Shown here: piece by piece, positions 9,565-18,857 of the stretch | How the letters are laid out: the number at the start of each line of letters is the position of its first letter | Position numbering within the stretch: position 1 is the stretch's first letter | IMG/VR virus record: IMGVR_UViG_3300037137_001027 | Coordinates: 64,001 to 128,000 of that record | Strand: one strand, 5' to 3' | Length of the DNA stretch: 64,000 bases | Origin: a virus | The notes under the pieces: model-generated | What the model was told of the DNA's origin: nothing | What the model saw: only the letters and a program-made list of their open reading frames with translations | The model's database searches: none | Made by a program: the position numbers and the translations under genes

Positions 9565-9659
9565 ACCGTGGTAGGTCGGACCCGAAAACATGCCTAAAAA
9601 CAAAGTAGGGTGTCTGTTAGCAAGTCGTCTGGACCTGGGTTCAATTCCCAGCTAGTCCA
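9524..9659 (+). ncRNA. Miniature tmRNA-like RNA: tRNA-like domain intact, mRNA-like domain nearly absent
   Basis: Acceptor GGGCTAG/CTAGTCC-A with G3:U70; unpaired D-loop TATGGTTTCGAC; GAC then T-arm CTGGG-TTCAATT-CCCAG; P2-like helices AGCGGC/GTCGTCT and TGACAGGC/GTCTGTTA. Confidence 0.75.
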
Positions 9660-9685
9660 ATTGAGGTTGTACTAAAGGAGGCACT

Positions 9686-9901
9686 ATGAAACACGAAGCG
9701 AGCGACTGGATTGTGTCTCACTGGATTGGCAAGAGTGTGCGGCAGGCTTGCGGTTCCGAAGACTGCGTAGGCAGGGTTGGAACGGTGGAAGAAACCATGT
9801 GGGATGAGAATGGTGCATTGCATTGCCGCATGGTGCATAATTCTGCGCACGGTATGACTTCGGAGTGGTGGTGTCCCGCACTGTTACTGGAGATAAACTA
9901 A
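9686..9901 (+). CDS. hypothetical protein
   Basis: AAGGAGG RBS behind the motif. Confidence 0.75.
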   Translation: MKHEASDWIVSHWIGKSVRQACGSEDCVGRVGTVEETMWDENGALHCRMVHNSAHGMTSEWWCPALLLEIN

Positions 9902-10245
9902 TGGAAAGTTTGACGGCGCTCATTGAAGAGTATCGGGACCACAAGCGTATGCACTGTATGGAAGGTTCTCGCGGTGTCGAGAATCTTTGCAAGCTGGTGC
10001 GGGCGCTGGGCTACCGCGATTCCATGAACCGTATGCAATTCCGCGACGGTTGTTTGGGCGACCTGTTGGAATTCCTTGAAGACAATTCAGGCGCAATTGA
10101 AGCTATTGTAACTTGGATTGGCGAGCGGGAAATTCCCGAATGGAAGGAAGCCATTGAATCGGAATTACCCGAACGCGGTACTTGTCCCGCTTGCGGCGAA
10201 CCGTTGCAGGATGATGTTTGCCAGAACACGGACTGCGATAGTTAA
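9901..10245 (+). CDS. hypothetical protein with C-terminal zinc ribbon
   Basis: CPACG...CQNTDC; stop overlaps the motif. Confidence 0.75.
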   Translation: MESLTALIEEYRDHKRMHCMEGSRGVENLCKLVRALGYRDSMNRMQFRDGCLGDLLEFLEDNSGAIEAIVTWIGEREIPEWKEAIESELPERGTCPACGEPLQDDVCQNTDCDS

Positions 10246-10273
10246 GGTTGTACTGAATTCGTTCAAGGGGGGA

Positions 10274-10570
10274 ATGAAGATGGATATGCCTGCGTGGTCG
10301 AATTACGGGGATTACAAGTCGGACAACTACGGTGCGCATACCTTGCGTTTCGATGTTGGTCCCTATACCTTCTGGTATTCGTATAAGACTCTGGTAGCAT
10401 TTCGTGCGCCAGAGCATCCCCGCGTGGTTTGCCAGAATGTTTGGACGCGAACGACTGGCAAGCATTTGAACATGATTGACGGTGGCGCTTACAATGAGCG
10501 GGTGGACGCTGATACGTTTGCGCGGCTTGTCAAGGATTTGCTGGCCCCGCACTTTGCTAATGTAGCTTAG
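10274..10570 (+). CDS. hypothetical phage protein
   Basis: FWYSYKTLVAF...WTRTTGKHLNMIDGG. Confidence 0.75.
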   Translation: MKMDMPAWSNYGDYKSDNYGAHTLRFDVGPYTFWYSYKTLVAFRAPEHPRVVCQNVWTRTTGKHLNMIDGGAYNERVDADTFARLVKDLLAPHFANVA

Positions 10571-10641
10571 TGCGGTGGTTGGGAATTGAGGTTGTACTAA
10601 TTGAGTTGTTCCGACACTTTCACCAAAAGGGGAGAACACAC

Positions 10642-11376
10642 ATGGCGAAGAAACAAGATCGTCCGCAAATTCCCGTCCCAGCGGCTTTGCTGCCGTCGTT
10701 TGAGCGGTTTGCTTACGCCAAGCAAATTTGTGAGAAGGCGGAAGCCCGCATGACGGCGGAAGAGGGTTTGCTCAAGAGTACGCTGATTGATTCGTTTGCG
10801 GATAGCTTGAGCAAGATGCGGTGCAAGCCTTCAAACCCGCGCCTGATCGTCTACAAGGATGGCAAGCCCGATATTGAGGGTTTGTTCCAGGTTCAGGCAA
10901 AGTTCTACCCGCAAGCGGACCCCGAATGCCAGGGCAACGCACAAGAGAAGCTGGTATCGGCGCTAATGAAGGCGGGGCTGGCGCATGACGTGGCGGAAAA
11001 CCTTGTGAAGAACGAGGTTGCGTGCGAAGACAAGACCACTATCCGTCCGTTCAGTGAGCTTATCAACGGCGCGCCTGTTGAGCAAGCGCTGGCGGAAAAG
11101 CTGATGAGGTTGCTGCTGGCGAATTTCACGGATGATGAGCGGCGCTTGATGCTTGCTCCCGTGGAGAAGTACGAAATCAAGGATGGTTTCTTCGAGCGGT
11201 TGGCCATGTACGTTCCGACGAAGGAAGGTATCTTGGCCTGTATCAAGGTATTGCGTCCCGTCCACTTCCTGTCACATCTCAAGGTGGGCGTGGGTGAGAG
11301 TCCGATGGGCGTGTTGAATCGGCTCTATATGTTCACCAAGGATTTGCTCTTTGGTGCTGAGACGAAAGCGGCGTAG
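10642..11376 (+). CDS. hypothetical protein (ends TKAA)
   Basis: GGGGAG RBS behind motif 10584. Confidence 0.8.
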   Translation: MAKKQDRPQIPVPAALLPSFERFAYAKQICEKAEARMTAEEGLLKSTLIDSFADSLSKMRCKPSNPRLIVYKDGKPDIEGLFQVQAKFYPQADPECQGNAQEKLVSALMKAGLAHDVAENLVKNEVACEDKTTIRPFSELINGAPVEQALAEKLMRLLLANFTDDERRLMLAPVEKYEIKDGFFERLAMYVPTKEGILACIKVLRPVHFLSHLKVGVGESPMGVLNRLYMFTKDLLFGAETKAA

Positions 11377-11470
11377 TCCTCCCTTGTTCGGAGGGGTAGC
11401 TCGTTCTGAGCTACCCCTTTTTTATGCGCCTGTAATTAAGGTTGTACTAATTAGAGCAGGAGGGACAAAC

Positions 11471-11656
11471 ATGAAAGCCTTTGTGTGTAAGCCGCAGGGA
11501 TTGGGGATTTTTGTAACAGGGGAATATAAGACCCTGAAGAATCTCATTCGGTATGGCGTAAAGCCTTACATCAAAGAAACGGTCGAGGTAGAAGTGTTCC
11601 ACAATTGGGACAATCGTTACAAGGCACCTGACAAGGTTGTGACGGTTCGGCCTTAA
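11471..11656 (+). CDS. hypothetical protein
   Basis: AGGAGG RBS; stop overlaps the motif. Confidence 0.75.
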   Translation: MKAFVCKPQGLGIFVTGEYKTLKNLIRYGVKPYIKETVEVEVFHNWDNRYKAPDKVVTVRP

Positions 11657-11692
11657 TTGCGGTTGTACTGAACAAGGCACAAGGGGAAACAA

Positions 11693-12025
11693 ATGGACGT
11701 TGAAATGAGCGATGGGGGCTGCCTGGAGTTTCCTGAAGACGACGGGACGATTCGACGCCGTGACGTTCACGGTAATTGCGAAGAGATTCGTCGTCCAGAA
11801 GACGACGGGTGGAAGGAATGGGCAGACCTATTTCCTAACTACAAGGAATATACGGTCGAGTTTGAGGTTCGTTTCGTTACGAAGATACGGTGCAAGTTGG
11901 AAGACTTGCCCGACTTGGTATCGGACGTGAACATTCCCGAAGACGACGACGTGACGTATGTTCCTGATAGTTTCGAGGTGTTCAGCATCGAGGACGCGGA
12001 CGGCAAGGAAGTAGAAGTCCCCTAA
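11693..12025 (+). CDS. acidic hypothetical protein
   Basis: ORF between two motifs. Confidence 0.8.
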   Translation: MDVEMSDGGCLEFPEDDGTIRRRDVHGNCEEIRRPEDDGWKEWADLFPNYKEYTVEFEVRFVTKIRCKLEDLPDLVSDVNIPEDDDVTYVPDSFEVFSIEDADGKEVEVP

Positions 12026-12087
12026 TTGCGGTTGTACTAAACAGCATGTAAACAAGTTTCTTTTCTTTTAAGGGAGGTTTTAGTCTC

Positions 12088-12450
12088 ATGGCTCAGAACG
12101 AACTGGTCCACAGTGGCGCGAACGAGGTTGCTCCGATTTGCCGTGGCAAGTTGACCACGGGGGGCTTCTATATCTTCCGTATGCCGCGTGCCGACAAGGG
12201 CGTGGTTCGCGGCCCGCGTGAAGCGGTCAAGCCCGTCAAGGCGAGCAAGGCGAAGCGCGGCCCTGGTCGGCCCCGCGTGTACGATGGTTCGGTGCGGCGC
12301 ACGATTGCCAGCTTCCTGAAGAAGTATGGCTACACTCACGGTCTGAAGCTCTTGAAGAAGGAGCGCAAGATCAAGGTGAGCAAGACGGTTGCCCGCCACG
12401 TTGCTGCCGAGGTGGGGATCACGTTCAAGCGTGGTCGGCCCGCAGCGTAA
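12088..12450 (+). CDS. basic protein with AT-hook-like GRP motifs
   Basis: KRGPGRPR and KRGRPAA; GGGAGG RBS. Confidence 0.65.
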   Translation: MAQNELVHSGANEVAPICRGKLTTGGFYIFRMPRADKGVVRGPREAVKPVKASKAKRGPGRPRVYDGSVRRTIASFLKKYGYTHGLKLLKKERKIKVSKTVARHVAAEVGITFKRGRPAA

Positions 12451-12547
12451 CTAACAAAGGGGGGAAAAGGAACTTCCCCCCTTTTTATCTTAACTCCAAT
12501 TAAGGTTGTACTAATTGGAGCGTAACTTAACTCAAACAGGAGAGCAA

Positions 12548-12832
12548 ATGGCGCGCAATGAGACAACTGCTGACTTCGAGGTTTTCGAGTTGCCAATGAT
12601 TCGTATTGTCTGCTCGAACACGTTGAGCCTTCACAAGACGTTCAAGACTTCGGCCAAGCAATTCGCGGCAGCGAACAAGGTCGAGTACGTCGTGGCGCAG
12701 AACTTCCTGAAGTTCCTGGTGTCCGCTGGCGTGGCAAAGGAACTTGAGCCGCTGAAGATCGCGGGCAAGAAGGGCAAGCCGACAAACATCTACGAAGTCC
12801 CGCACAACATCGCACTGAAAGTGGCCGCGTAA
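12548..12832 (+). CDS. putative winged-helix DNA-binding protein
   Basis: Helical core then GKKGKPTNIY wing-like motif; ends KVAA. Confidence 0.5.
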   Translation: MARNETTADFEVFELPMIRIVCSNTLSLHKTFKTSAKQFAAANKVEYVVAQNFLKFLVSAGVAKELEPLKIAGKKGKPTNIYEVPHNIALKVAA

Positions 12833-12900
12833 GAACAGGGAGCGCCCACTCCCATCATGCCTTAATTGAGGTTGTACTAATCAGGGCAGGAGGTAGACTA

Positions 12901-13122
12901 ATGCTGTTCAGAAAGATTACTGGTGGTGGCGTCGTGATTCAGACGTTCAATGATGCTGGCGAGTGCATCAAGCAGGAATTCAAAATCTGCGACCACGGCG
13001 ACGTGGAGTACGAAACCGAGGACGGCGACCCGATCAACATGCAAGACATGCCGCTGGCGGGGCGGGAATACTTCCCGTTCGCTATGCGGCAACCGTCCGA
13101 CGACTGTTACAAGGAAGAGTAA
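12901..13122 (+). CDS. hypothetical protein
   Basis: AGGAGG RBS behind the motif. Confidence 0.75.
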   Translation: MLFRKITGGGVVIQTFNDAGECIKQEFKICDHGDVEYETEDGDPINMQDMPLAGREYFPFAMRQPSDDCYKEE

Positions 13123-13185
13123 TTGTAGGCTAAGCATGATGGGCGTTACATGCCGTGATCCGCCGCGTGAGAGCGGGGAATTTAT

Positions 13186-13257
13186 GCCGCCATCTTCTAG
13201 TGGCAGGATGCTAGGCTTTCAACCTGGCGACGTTGGGTTCAAATCCCACTGGCGGTA
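13186..13257 (+). tRNA. tRNA-Glu (TTC), CCA not encoded
   Basis: Acceptor GCCGCCA/TGGCGGT, D-arm with AGTGG, anticodon loop CT-TTC-AA, T-loop TTCAAAT. Confidence 0.88.
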
Positions 13258-13367
13258 CTCGGTTGCTCCCATGTACCAAGTACAAACAGCGGCTTGGGGC
13301 CGTGAGCTTGGGCTAACACTCTCCCCAAGAGGGAGGGGGCGACCGCCTAACAAGAGCAGCAACAGAA

Positions 13368-13504
13368 TGAAATGAGCCGTTAAGCCGATGCACACTGCCG
13401 AACCCTCCAGACGGCAACGGTTCCCGACGTGGCCCAATCACGGGCTAAGAAAGGCCAATCCCCTAGTGCAACCGTGAGCGGCGGAAGGGGAGAAAGTCAT
13501 TTCA
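13368..13504 (+). ncRNA. candidate structured RNA
   Basis: Nested helices TGAAATGA/TCATTTCA, GCCGTT/AGCGGC, TGCAC/GTGCA, TGCCG/CGGCA; possible pseudoknot TCCCCT/AGGGGA. Confidence 0.4.
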
Positions 13505-13566
13505 CCTATGTTGAATTGCGGTTGTACTGAAAAGGTTGTGAGAGCTTTCTCTTTCTCGGAGGTAAC

Positions 13567-13767
13567 ATGTTGTACGGTTTGAAGGGGACGCATCCTGTCG
13601 ATGGTGAACTCTATCAAGAGTTTACCAAGAATGAGCGGGAGACGGCGGTAGCCATTGCACGCATTTGGCACGCCAAGGGCTGGAAGCCACTTTTGCTTGA
13701 TCGGTACTGGCATAGCTGCCGCATTTCTGCCCTGAACAATCTCATCGGGCAACGTCAGGCAGCGTAA
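13567..13767 (+). CDS. hypothetical protein (ends RQAA)
   Basis: GGAGGT RBS. Confidence 0.75.
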   Translation: MLYGLKGTHPVDGELYQEFTKNERETAVAIARIWHAKGWKPLLLDRYWHSCRISALNNLIGQRQAA

Positions 13768-13972
13768 CTAGGAGCTAACCTTATGCAGCGCATAGCGCGG
13801 AATCCCGTAATAACGGTGCTGATAGTTGGGCGCTAGGGGCGTATGGACCCTAGCGCCTAAAATCAAAACCCACATATTTTTTGATTGGACGGGGGACCGC
13901 AAACCCCGTCTTTTTTGCACTTGTTAATTGCGGTTGTACTAATTACAATGAGACAATTAACCTGGAGGCAGC

Positions 13973-14413
13973 ATGAACGTAATGGTTGTGATGCAAGGGG
14001 CGTCTGGCTCTGGCAAGTCCACCGTGGCCGAAACCCTGAAGGCCATGCTGGAAGCGACTGGCCACAAGGTCGAAATCGTTTCGACCGACAAGGAATTCGA
14101 GGTCGAGGGTGTTTACACCTTTGACCCGTCCAAGCTGGGCGAGAACCATGCCAAGACGCAAAAGAAGGCACGGTATCACCTGGATGGGGGTACTAGCGTA
14201 ATCGTGGACAATACGAATACGCAAGCGTGGGAAGCGCGGCCCTATGTCCAAATGGCGCAAGAGCTTGGGGTTCCCGTGTTCTTTGTGCCGTGTCATGGCC
14301 GATTTAACAATACGCATGGTGTTCCCGCCGATAGGGTGGAAGCAATGCGCCAGCGGTGCGAACCTTTGTCGGTTCAGCGTTGTCTGGAGGCTAAAGCGCC
14401 GTGGGAGAAGTAA
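13973..14413 (+). CDS. P-loop kinase, AAA_33 / polynucleotide kinase (N4BP2-like)
   Basis: GASGSGKST, VIVDNTN, NTHGVP. Confidence 0.85.
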   Translation: MNVMVVMQGASGSGKSTVAETLKAMLEATGHKVEIVSTDKEFEVEGVYTFDPSKLGENHAKTQKKARYHLDGGTSVIVDNTNTQAWEARPYVQMAQELGVPVFFVPCHGRFNNTHGVPADRVEAMRQRCEPLSVQRCLEAKAPWEK

Positions 14414-14684
14414 ACCGTATCGCTAACGCTCTAAGGACCATACAAGGGATTTGTGATCTTTATAGCGTTAGCGATTATACAGTTATAGACGCAACAAGGA
14501 TAGCCGTTTATAACTGCGAAAATGACAATTTTCACTTTTTCCGTTGGTCAAGCGACTGCTGCCGCTACATATATTGCGGTTCGCAGGATTGTATACCCAA
14601 TTGGAAAAATAAGAGGGTGGCGATTTAGTCCTCTAATTGAGGTTGTACTAATTTCATTGTAGCCAAACTAACCTGGAGGCGACA

Positions 14685-14906
14685 ATGATTTTGAAACCGT
14701 GCGACCTGAAAGTGGACGACGTGGTTTGTTACTATCGCAAGAATAATCCCGAACGCGGGCCGTTCTGCGATATGGTTGTCAACCGCATTGACGGCGTGGA
14801 CATTTACTTGCGTCGGCCTTACATAAACGCTGACGGGGAAGCGAGGTTTGAAGAGTTATATTGGCACCGTGACGCCAATTTCCAATTCCTGCTGATCCGT
14901 AGGTAG
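14685..14906 (+). CDS. hypothetical protein
   Basis: GGAGG RBS; stop overlaps the motif. Confidence 0.75.
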   Translation: MILKPCDLKVDDVVCYYRKNNPERGPFCDMVVNRIDGVDIYLRRPYINADGEARFEELYWHRDANFQFLLIRR

Positions 14907-14957
14907 TTGCGGTTGTACTGAGCAAGACGTGACGGATACCCTGGCTGGAGGAATGAA

Positions 14958-15329
14958 ATGATCGGCCAAGACCTTGAAGACGGTGAACGGGAAGAAACCC
15001 CCCGCAAGGGCGGCATGATACTGGCCGAGGATGATTTGGAAGTGGGCCAGTATGTTTGCGTCTACAATCTGAAAAAGACGGATGAAGGCGCACCCATCAT
15101 GGGCCAGAGTTTGCATATCAAGGCAATCTGCCTGCCCTACTTTGTGGGTCAGCTTTTGTCTGATCCAAGCGAACCCGTTTTGACCCTGGACTGTCGATTC
15201 CTGAACTTGATGAAAGTTTCCAAGGAATTCGTGGATGCACAACGGGAAGGAGCCAAGACACAGCTAGAAGGGCCATCCATGATGCGCCCGCCGCAAAAGA
15301 GGAGAAAACAAAAAGAAGACGGGCAATAA
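14958..15329 (+). CDS. hypothetical protein
   Basis: GGAGG RBS. Confidence 0.75.
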   Translation: MIGQDLEDGEREETPRKGGMILAEDDLEVGQYVCVYNLKKTDEGAPIMGQSLHIKAICLPYFVGQLLSDPSEPVLTLDCRFLNLMKVSKEFVDAQREGAKTQLEGPSMMRPPQKRRKQKEDGQ

Positions 15330-15371
15330 TGCCCGTCTGTTACCTCTAATTGAGGTTGTACTAATAAAGAT

Positions 15372-16472
15372 ATGAAGACCATCGACTATCTGCGAAGCGG
15401 GAAGACCCTGGATGACCTCCATACCGAACTTGGTATCGAAGTCAATCGCCATGATAGTTTACCCCTGGCAATCCTGAACTACTCTCAGATTGATTCGCCT
15501 AAGACTGATCCCATCGTGCGGGAATGCCGTGGGCTTGTCCTTAATTCTGAGGACTGGTCGCTGGTGGCGCGTGCCTTCCCCCGATTCTTCAATTGGGGAG
15601 AAGTAGCGGACGAAATGCCGCTGTTCAATTGGGATAACTCCGTTGCGCTGGAAAAGGTAGACGGTAGCTTGCTGCTGTTCTATCATTTCGCGGGCGAATG
15701 GCGTGTGAACACTCGCGGTAGTTTCGCGGGTATGGGCATGTTCAATACGCAATGGCAAGCGGATTATTTCAAGATGCCTATGTCCTTCACCTGGAAGGAT
15801 GGTATCTTGCGGGCGCTGGGTATTAAGGATTTGTCCGAATTGGACGCTTACCTTGACCCTGCCCTGTCCTACGCTTGCGAATTTTGCTCCCTATGGAACA
15901 AGGTCGTTCGGGAGTATAAGACGCCTTGCGTATACCAGCTTTCCGCGTTCGCTGGCGAAGAAGAAGTCGGGCCGCAATCCGTTCCGTTCTTCAAATCCGT
16001 TGGCCAGTATTCGCTCCGAACTGCTGATGAGGTAACGGATTACGTTAATTCGCAACCCGAAGCGACGTGGGAAGGTTGCGTTGTGAAGGATGATGCGCAC
16101 CGCCGATGGAAGATCAAGAACAAGCGTTATCTTGCCTATCATAAGATGAAGGGCAACGGCGATGCGCTTTATAATCCTTCCAACCTGTTGCCGTTCATCT
16201 TGGACGGGGAAGGCGACGAATTGCTTGCGGTCTATCCCGAAGTCAAGGAATGCTTCGATAGCTACAAGTCCAGGGTGAATAAGGCTTTCAGCGAATTGGA
16301 TGCGCTGTGGCAAGCCAATAAGGACATTGAAAACCAAAAGGAATTTGCCCTTTCGATTGTGGGCAAGTCGCCTTTCACTGGACTGTTGTTCAGCGCACGA
16401 AAGAACAAGACGCCGCTCAAGGAGGAATGGCGAAAGGCGGAAGATTACATCTTGAAAGGGTTGTTCAAGTAA
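15372..16472 (+). CDS. RNA ligase, T4 Rnl1 family
   Basis: RECRGLVL, AFPRFFN, motif I EKVDGSL, EGCVV, KIKN; leaderless start. Confidence 0.9.
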   Translation: MKTIDYLRSGKTLDDLHTELGIEVNRHDSLPLAILNYSQIDSPKTDPIVRECRGLVLNSEDWSLVARAFPRFFNWGEVADEMPLFNWDNSVALEKVDGSLLLFYHFAGEWRVNTRGSFAGMGMFNTQWQADYFKMPMSFTWKDGILRALGIKDLSELDAYLDPALSYACEFCSLWNKVVREYKTPCVYQLSAFAGEEEVGPQSVPFFKSVGQYSLRTADEVTDYVNSQPEATWEGCVVKDDAHRRWKIKNKRYLAYHKMKGNGDALYNPSNLLPFILDGEGDELLAVYPEVKECFDSYKSRVNKAFSELDALWQANKDIENQKEFALSIVGKSPFTGLLFSARKNKTPLKEEWRKAEDYILKGLFK

Positions 16473-16574
16473 CCTAGAGGCGTGTTCAGAAAATGAACAC
16501 GCCTTTTTCTTTTTGGCTTAATTGAAGTTGTACTAATTCGGTTGTAGCGAACATCACCCTTCTGGAGAACTGCG

Positions 16575-16865
16575 ATGCGTTACGCTGATGCACGTTGCGT
16601 TTACACCGAGTCCCACGAAAACGGCCAGCACGTCTACGTCTACACTGGCCCCTGCGTTGTGACGGGCAAGCCCTACACCGTCAAGGTGCCTGCCGCTGGC
16701 TTGTTCGCCTATCGGCAGGGTGCATTCATTCAGGACGCCTTTCCCGCGCTGTCCAAGGATGATCGTGAGTTCCTGATTTCGGGAACAAGCCCCGAAGGTT
16801 GGGAACAGACTTTCGGCGGCGACGACGACGACGGCCCCGATTATGAAGGCGAGAACTACAACTAA
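16575..16865 (+). CDS. hypothetical protein
   Basis: IQDAFPALSKDDREFLISG; cassette context. Confidence 0.8.
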   Translation: MRYADARCVYTESHENGQHVYVYTGPCVVTGKPYTVKVPAAGLFAYRQGAFIQDAFPALSKDDREFLISGTSPEGWEQTFGGDDDDGPDYEGENYN

Positions 16866-16923
16866 GGGAAAGGGAGCGCCCACTCCCTTGTGATCCTCTA
16901 ATTGAGGTTGTACTGATATGGAC

Positions 16924-17100
16924 ATGAAAGCCAAAACGATCAAAGAGATTCGTGGCAGTTGCATCCCGACGATTCCAGTTGGGACTGAGTTTACCGTTGT
17001 CGCGGTTGTCGCGGGCTACGGTTATGCAACCTGTTTGGGGTTGGCCGTGTCGTCTGTTTGGTTGGATGAGTTTGTACCTTTAGGGGGCAGGAATGACTGA
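16924..17100 (+). CDS. hypothetical protein
   Basis: ATG 9 nt after the motif core. Confidence 0.65.
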   Translation: MKAKTIKEIRGSCIPTIPVGTEFTVVAVVAGYGYATCLGLAVSSVWLDEFVPLGGRND

Positions 17101-17305
17101 GTTCTTTATCGAAGTGTATTTTCCGCCGAACACGTCCAAGAAAATGCGGGTGTTCAAGAAGAACACCCGCGATTGCCTTTCACCCGACATGATTGCATTG
17201 TTTTGGGTGAAGGCGAAGGACAAGGAAGAAGCACTGGCCTTGGCGCTGACGGGCGAAGCCTTAACCATAATGGCACCCGACGCCAAACAACTCCAGTTTG
17301 CCTAA
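17093..17305 (+). CDS. hypothetical protein, paralog 1
   Basis: MTEFFIEVYFPPNTSKK...QLQFA. Confidence 0.8.
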   Translation: MTEFFIEVYFPPNTSKKMRVFKKNTRDCLSPDMIALFWVKAKDKEEALALALTGEALTIMAPDAKQLQFA

Positions 17306-17374
17306 ACTGGAGTTCGGGTTGTACTAATTCAGTTGTGGCGAACATCCTCCTTCTGGAGAACTGCGATGGTAGGA

Positions 17375-17593
17375 ATGACTGAGTTCTATATCGAAGTGTA
17401 TTTTCCGCCGTACCCGAACACGTCAAAGAAAATGCGCGTGTTCAAGAAGTACGTCCGCGACTGCCTTTCCCCCAACCTTATCGCCCTGTTTCGGGTGAAG
17501 GCGAAGGACAAGGAAGAAGCGCTGGCCCTGGCACTCATGGGCGAAGCCTTCACCATGCTTTCACCAAATGCCAAACAACTCCAGTTTGCCTAA
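17375..17593 (+). CDS. hypothetical protein, paralog 2 (alternative start 17366)
   Basis: MTEFYIEVYFPPYPNTSKK...QLQFA, near-identical to 17093-17305. Confidence 0.8.
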   Translation: MTEFYIEVYFPPYPNTSKKMRVFKKYVRDCLSPNLIALFRVKAKDKEEALALALMGEAFTMLSPNAKQLQFA

Positions 17594-17673
17594 ACTGGAG
17601 TTCGCCCAATTGGGTAAATCAAGGTTGTACTAAATGAGTTGTGGCGGAATGATCCCCAACGGAGAACAGCAAA

Positions 17674-17988
17674 ATGCTGTACTGGAACTTCACGTTTGAC
17701 GGAAGTGACCGACCCTACAGAGGTTACGGCGACACGCTGGCACGGGCGACGGATGATGTGCGGGAGATGTTGGACGAGGGGTTGGCCCCCGACGAGGTTC
17801 GGAATTTGAAGGTGGTTGACGGGCCGCATGATTTGGCGCTAAAGACTGATTTTGGCCCCAATGGTCCGCAACCTGGCACGGTGGCCTACACTGCCTTTCT
17901 CATGGCGCAATTGTGTCCACCCGACGAAATCGGCCAGCCCGACGATTTTTGGGACGAATGGAAGGAGGACATGAAAGAACGCCTATGA
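17674..17988 (+). CDS. hypothetical protein
   Basis: Cassette ORF with GGAG RBS. Confidence 0.78.
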   Translation: MLYWNFTFDGSDRPYRGYGDTLARATDDVREMLDEGLAPDEVRNLKVVDGPHDLALKTDFGPNGPQPGTVAYTAFLMAQLCPPDEIGQPDDFWDEWKEDMKERL

Positions 17989-18204
17989 TCCCAAGCTACG
18001 GGGAAGTCGTGGGAGAACCTGTCCCCTCCTTACATGGTAATGCGGACAGTAGTAACTTCAAGGGCAAAATAAAGATCAGGGGACCGCCCTGAGTTGCCCA
18101 TTATAAAACATTGTTGGGGCAGGGGACAATCCCCTGCCCTTTTTTATTTCCCCTGCAATCAAGGTTGTACTAATCAGAACATAACCCTAACCCTGGAGGT
18201 TGTG

Positions 18205-18375
18205 ATGTCCGACGCGAAAGAAACTTTGGCCAAGTGGTATACTCATCTGGAATACTGCAAGGCAAAGGTGGAGCGTGGTGAGAAGCTGACCAAGGATGAA
18301 GACGATCAGCGCGACTTCATCGAGCAGAAGCTGGACGACTACCGTTCCGATTACTACGGGATGGAGAACTACTAA
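18205..18375 (+). CDS. hypothetical protein
   Basis: TAACCC leader and GGAGG RBS. Confidence 0.75.
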   Translation: MSDAKETLAKWYTHLEYCKAKVERGEKLTKDEDDQRDFIEQKLDDYRSDYYGMENY

Positions 18376-18444
18376 CCGCAAGGGAGCGCCCACTCCCTAA
18401 TGATCTTTTAATTGCGGTTGTACTGATTGGGGCAGGAGGGAAAC

Positions 18445-18636
18445 ATGGAATTCTTGACTGGCAAGGACTATCCGTACCTTTGCGACAATTGCCGTGCGGC
18501 GATTGATTCGGTGGCGGCGATGTTTGCGGAAGGGGAAATGGCGGATACGGACGATGAAGAAGCGCCGTGCATGTACGTTTACGATAACGGCATGTATTGC
18601 GGTGGTCACGAATGCGTCAACTACCCGAAACTGTAA
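18445..18636 (+). CDS. small Cys-rich hypothetical protein
   Basis: AGGAGG RBS; CDNC. Confidence 0.7.
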   Translation: MEFLTGKDYPYLCDNCRAAIDSVAAMFAEGEMADTDDEEAPCMYVYDNGMYCGGHECVNYPKL

Positions 18637-18857
18637 TCACGGTTGTACTGAACAGGGCAGAGGCAACTTCAACGGAGATTGGTCATGGGCTGGAATCGCA
18701 AGCAATACGACAAGACGGGCAGGGTAGTACCCATTCACAAGGGCGAAAGGGATTGGACCCGTGAGCAAAAAGAACAAATCCGACAATTCGAGGACCGAAA
18801 TGCCAACGATCAACGAGGCACCGACGATGACGACGGCACCGAAAGAAGAAAAGCGGG

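Noticed and set aside
9524-9659. Ordinary tRNA-Ala or intron-containing tRNA
   Set aside because: No D-stem or anticodon arm; the features match the tmRNA tRNA-like domain.
17093-17593. DGR template/variable repeat pair
   Set aside because: Differences are not adenine-specific, both copies are full ORFs, and no reverse transcriptase is in the window.
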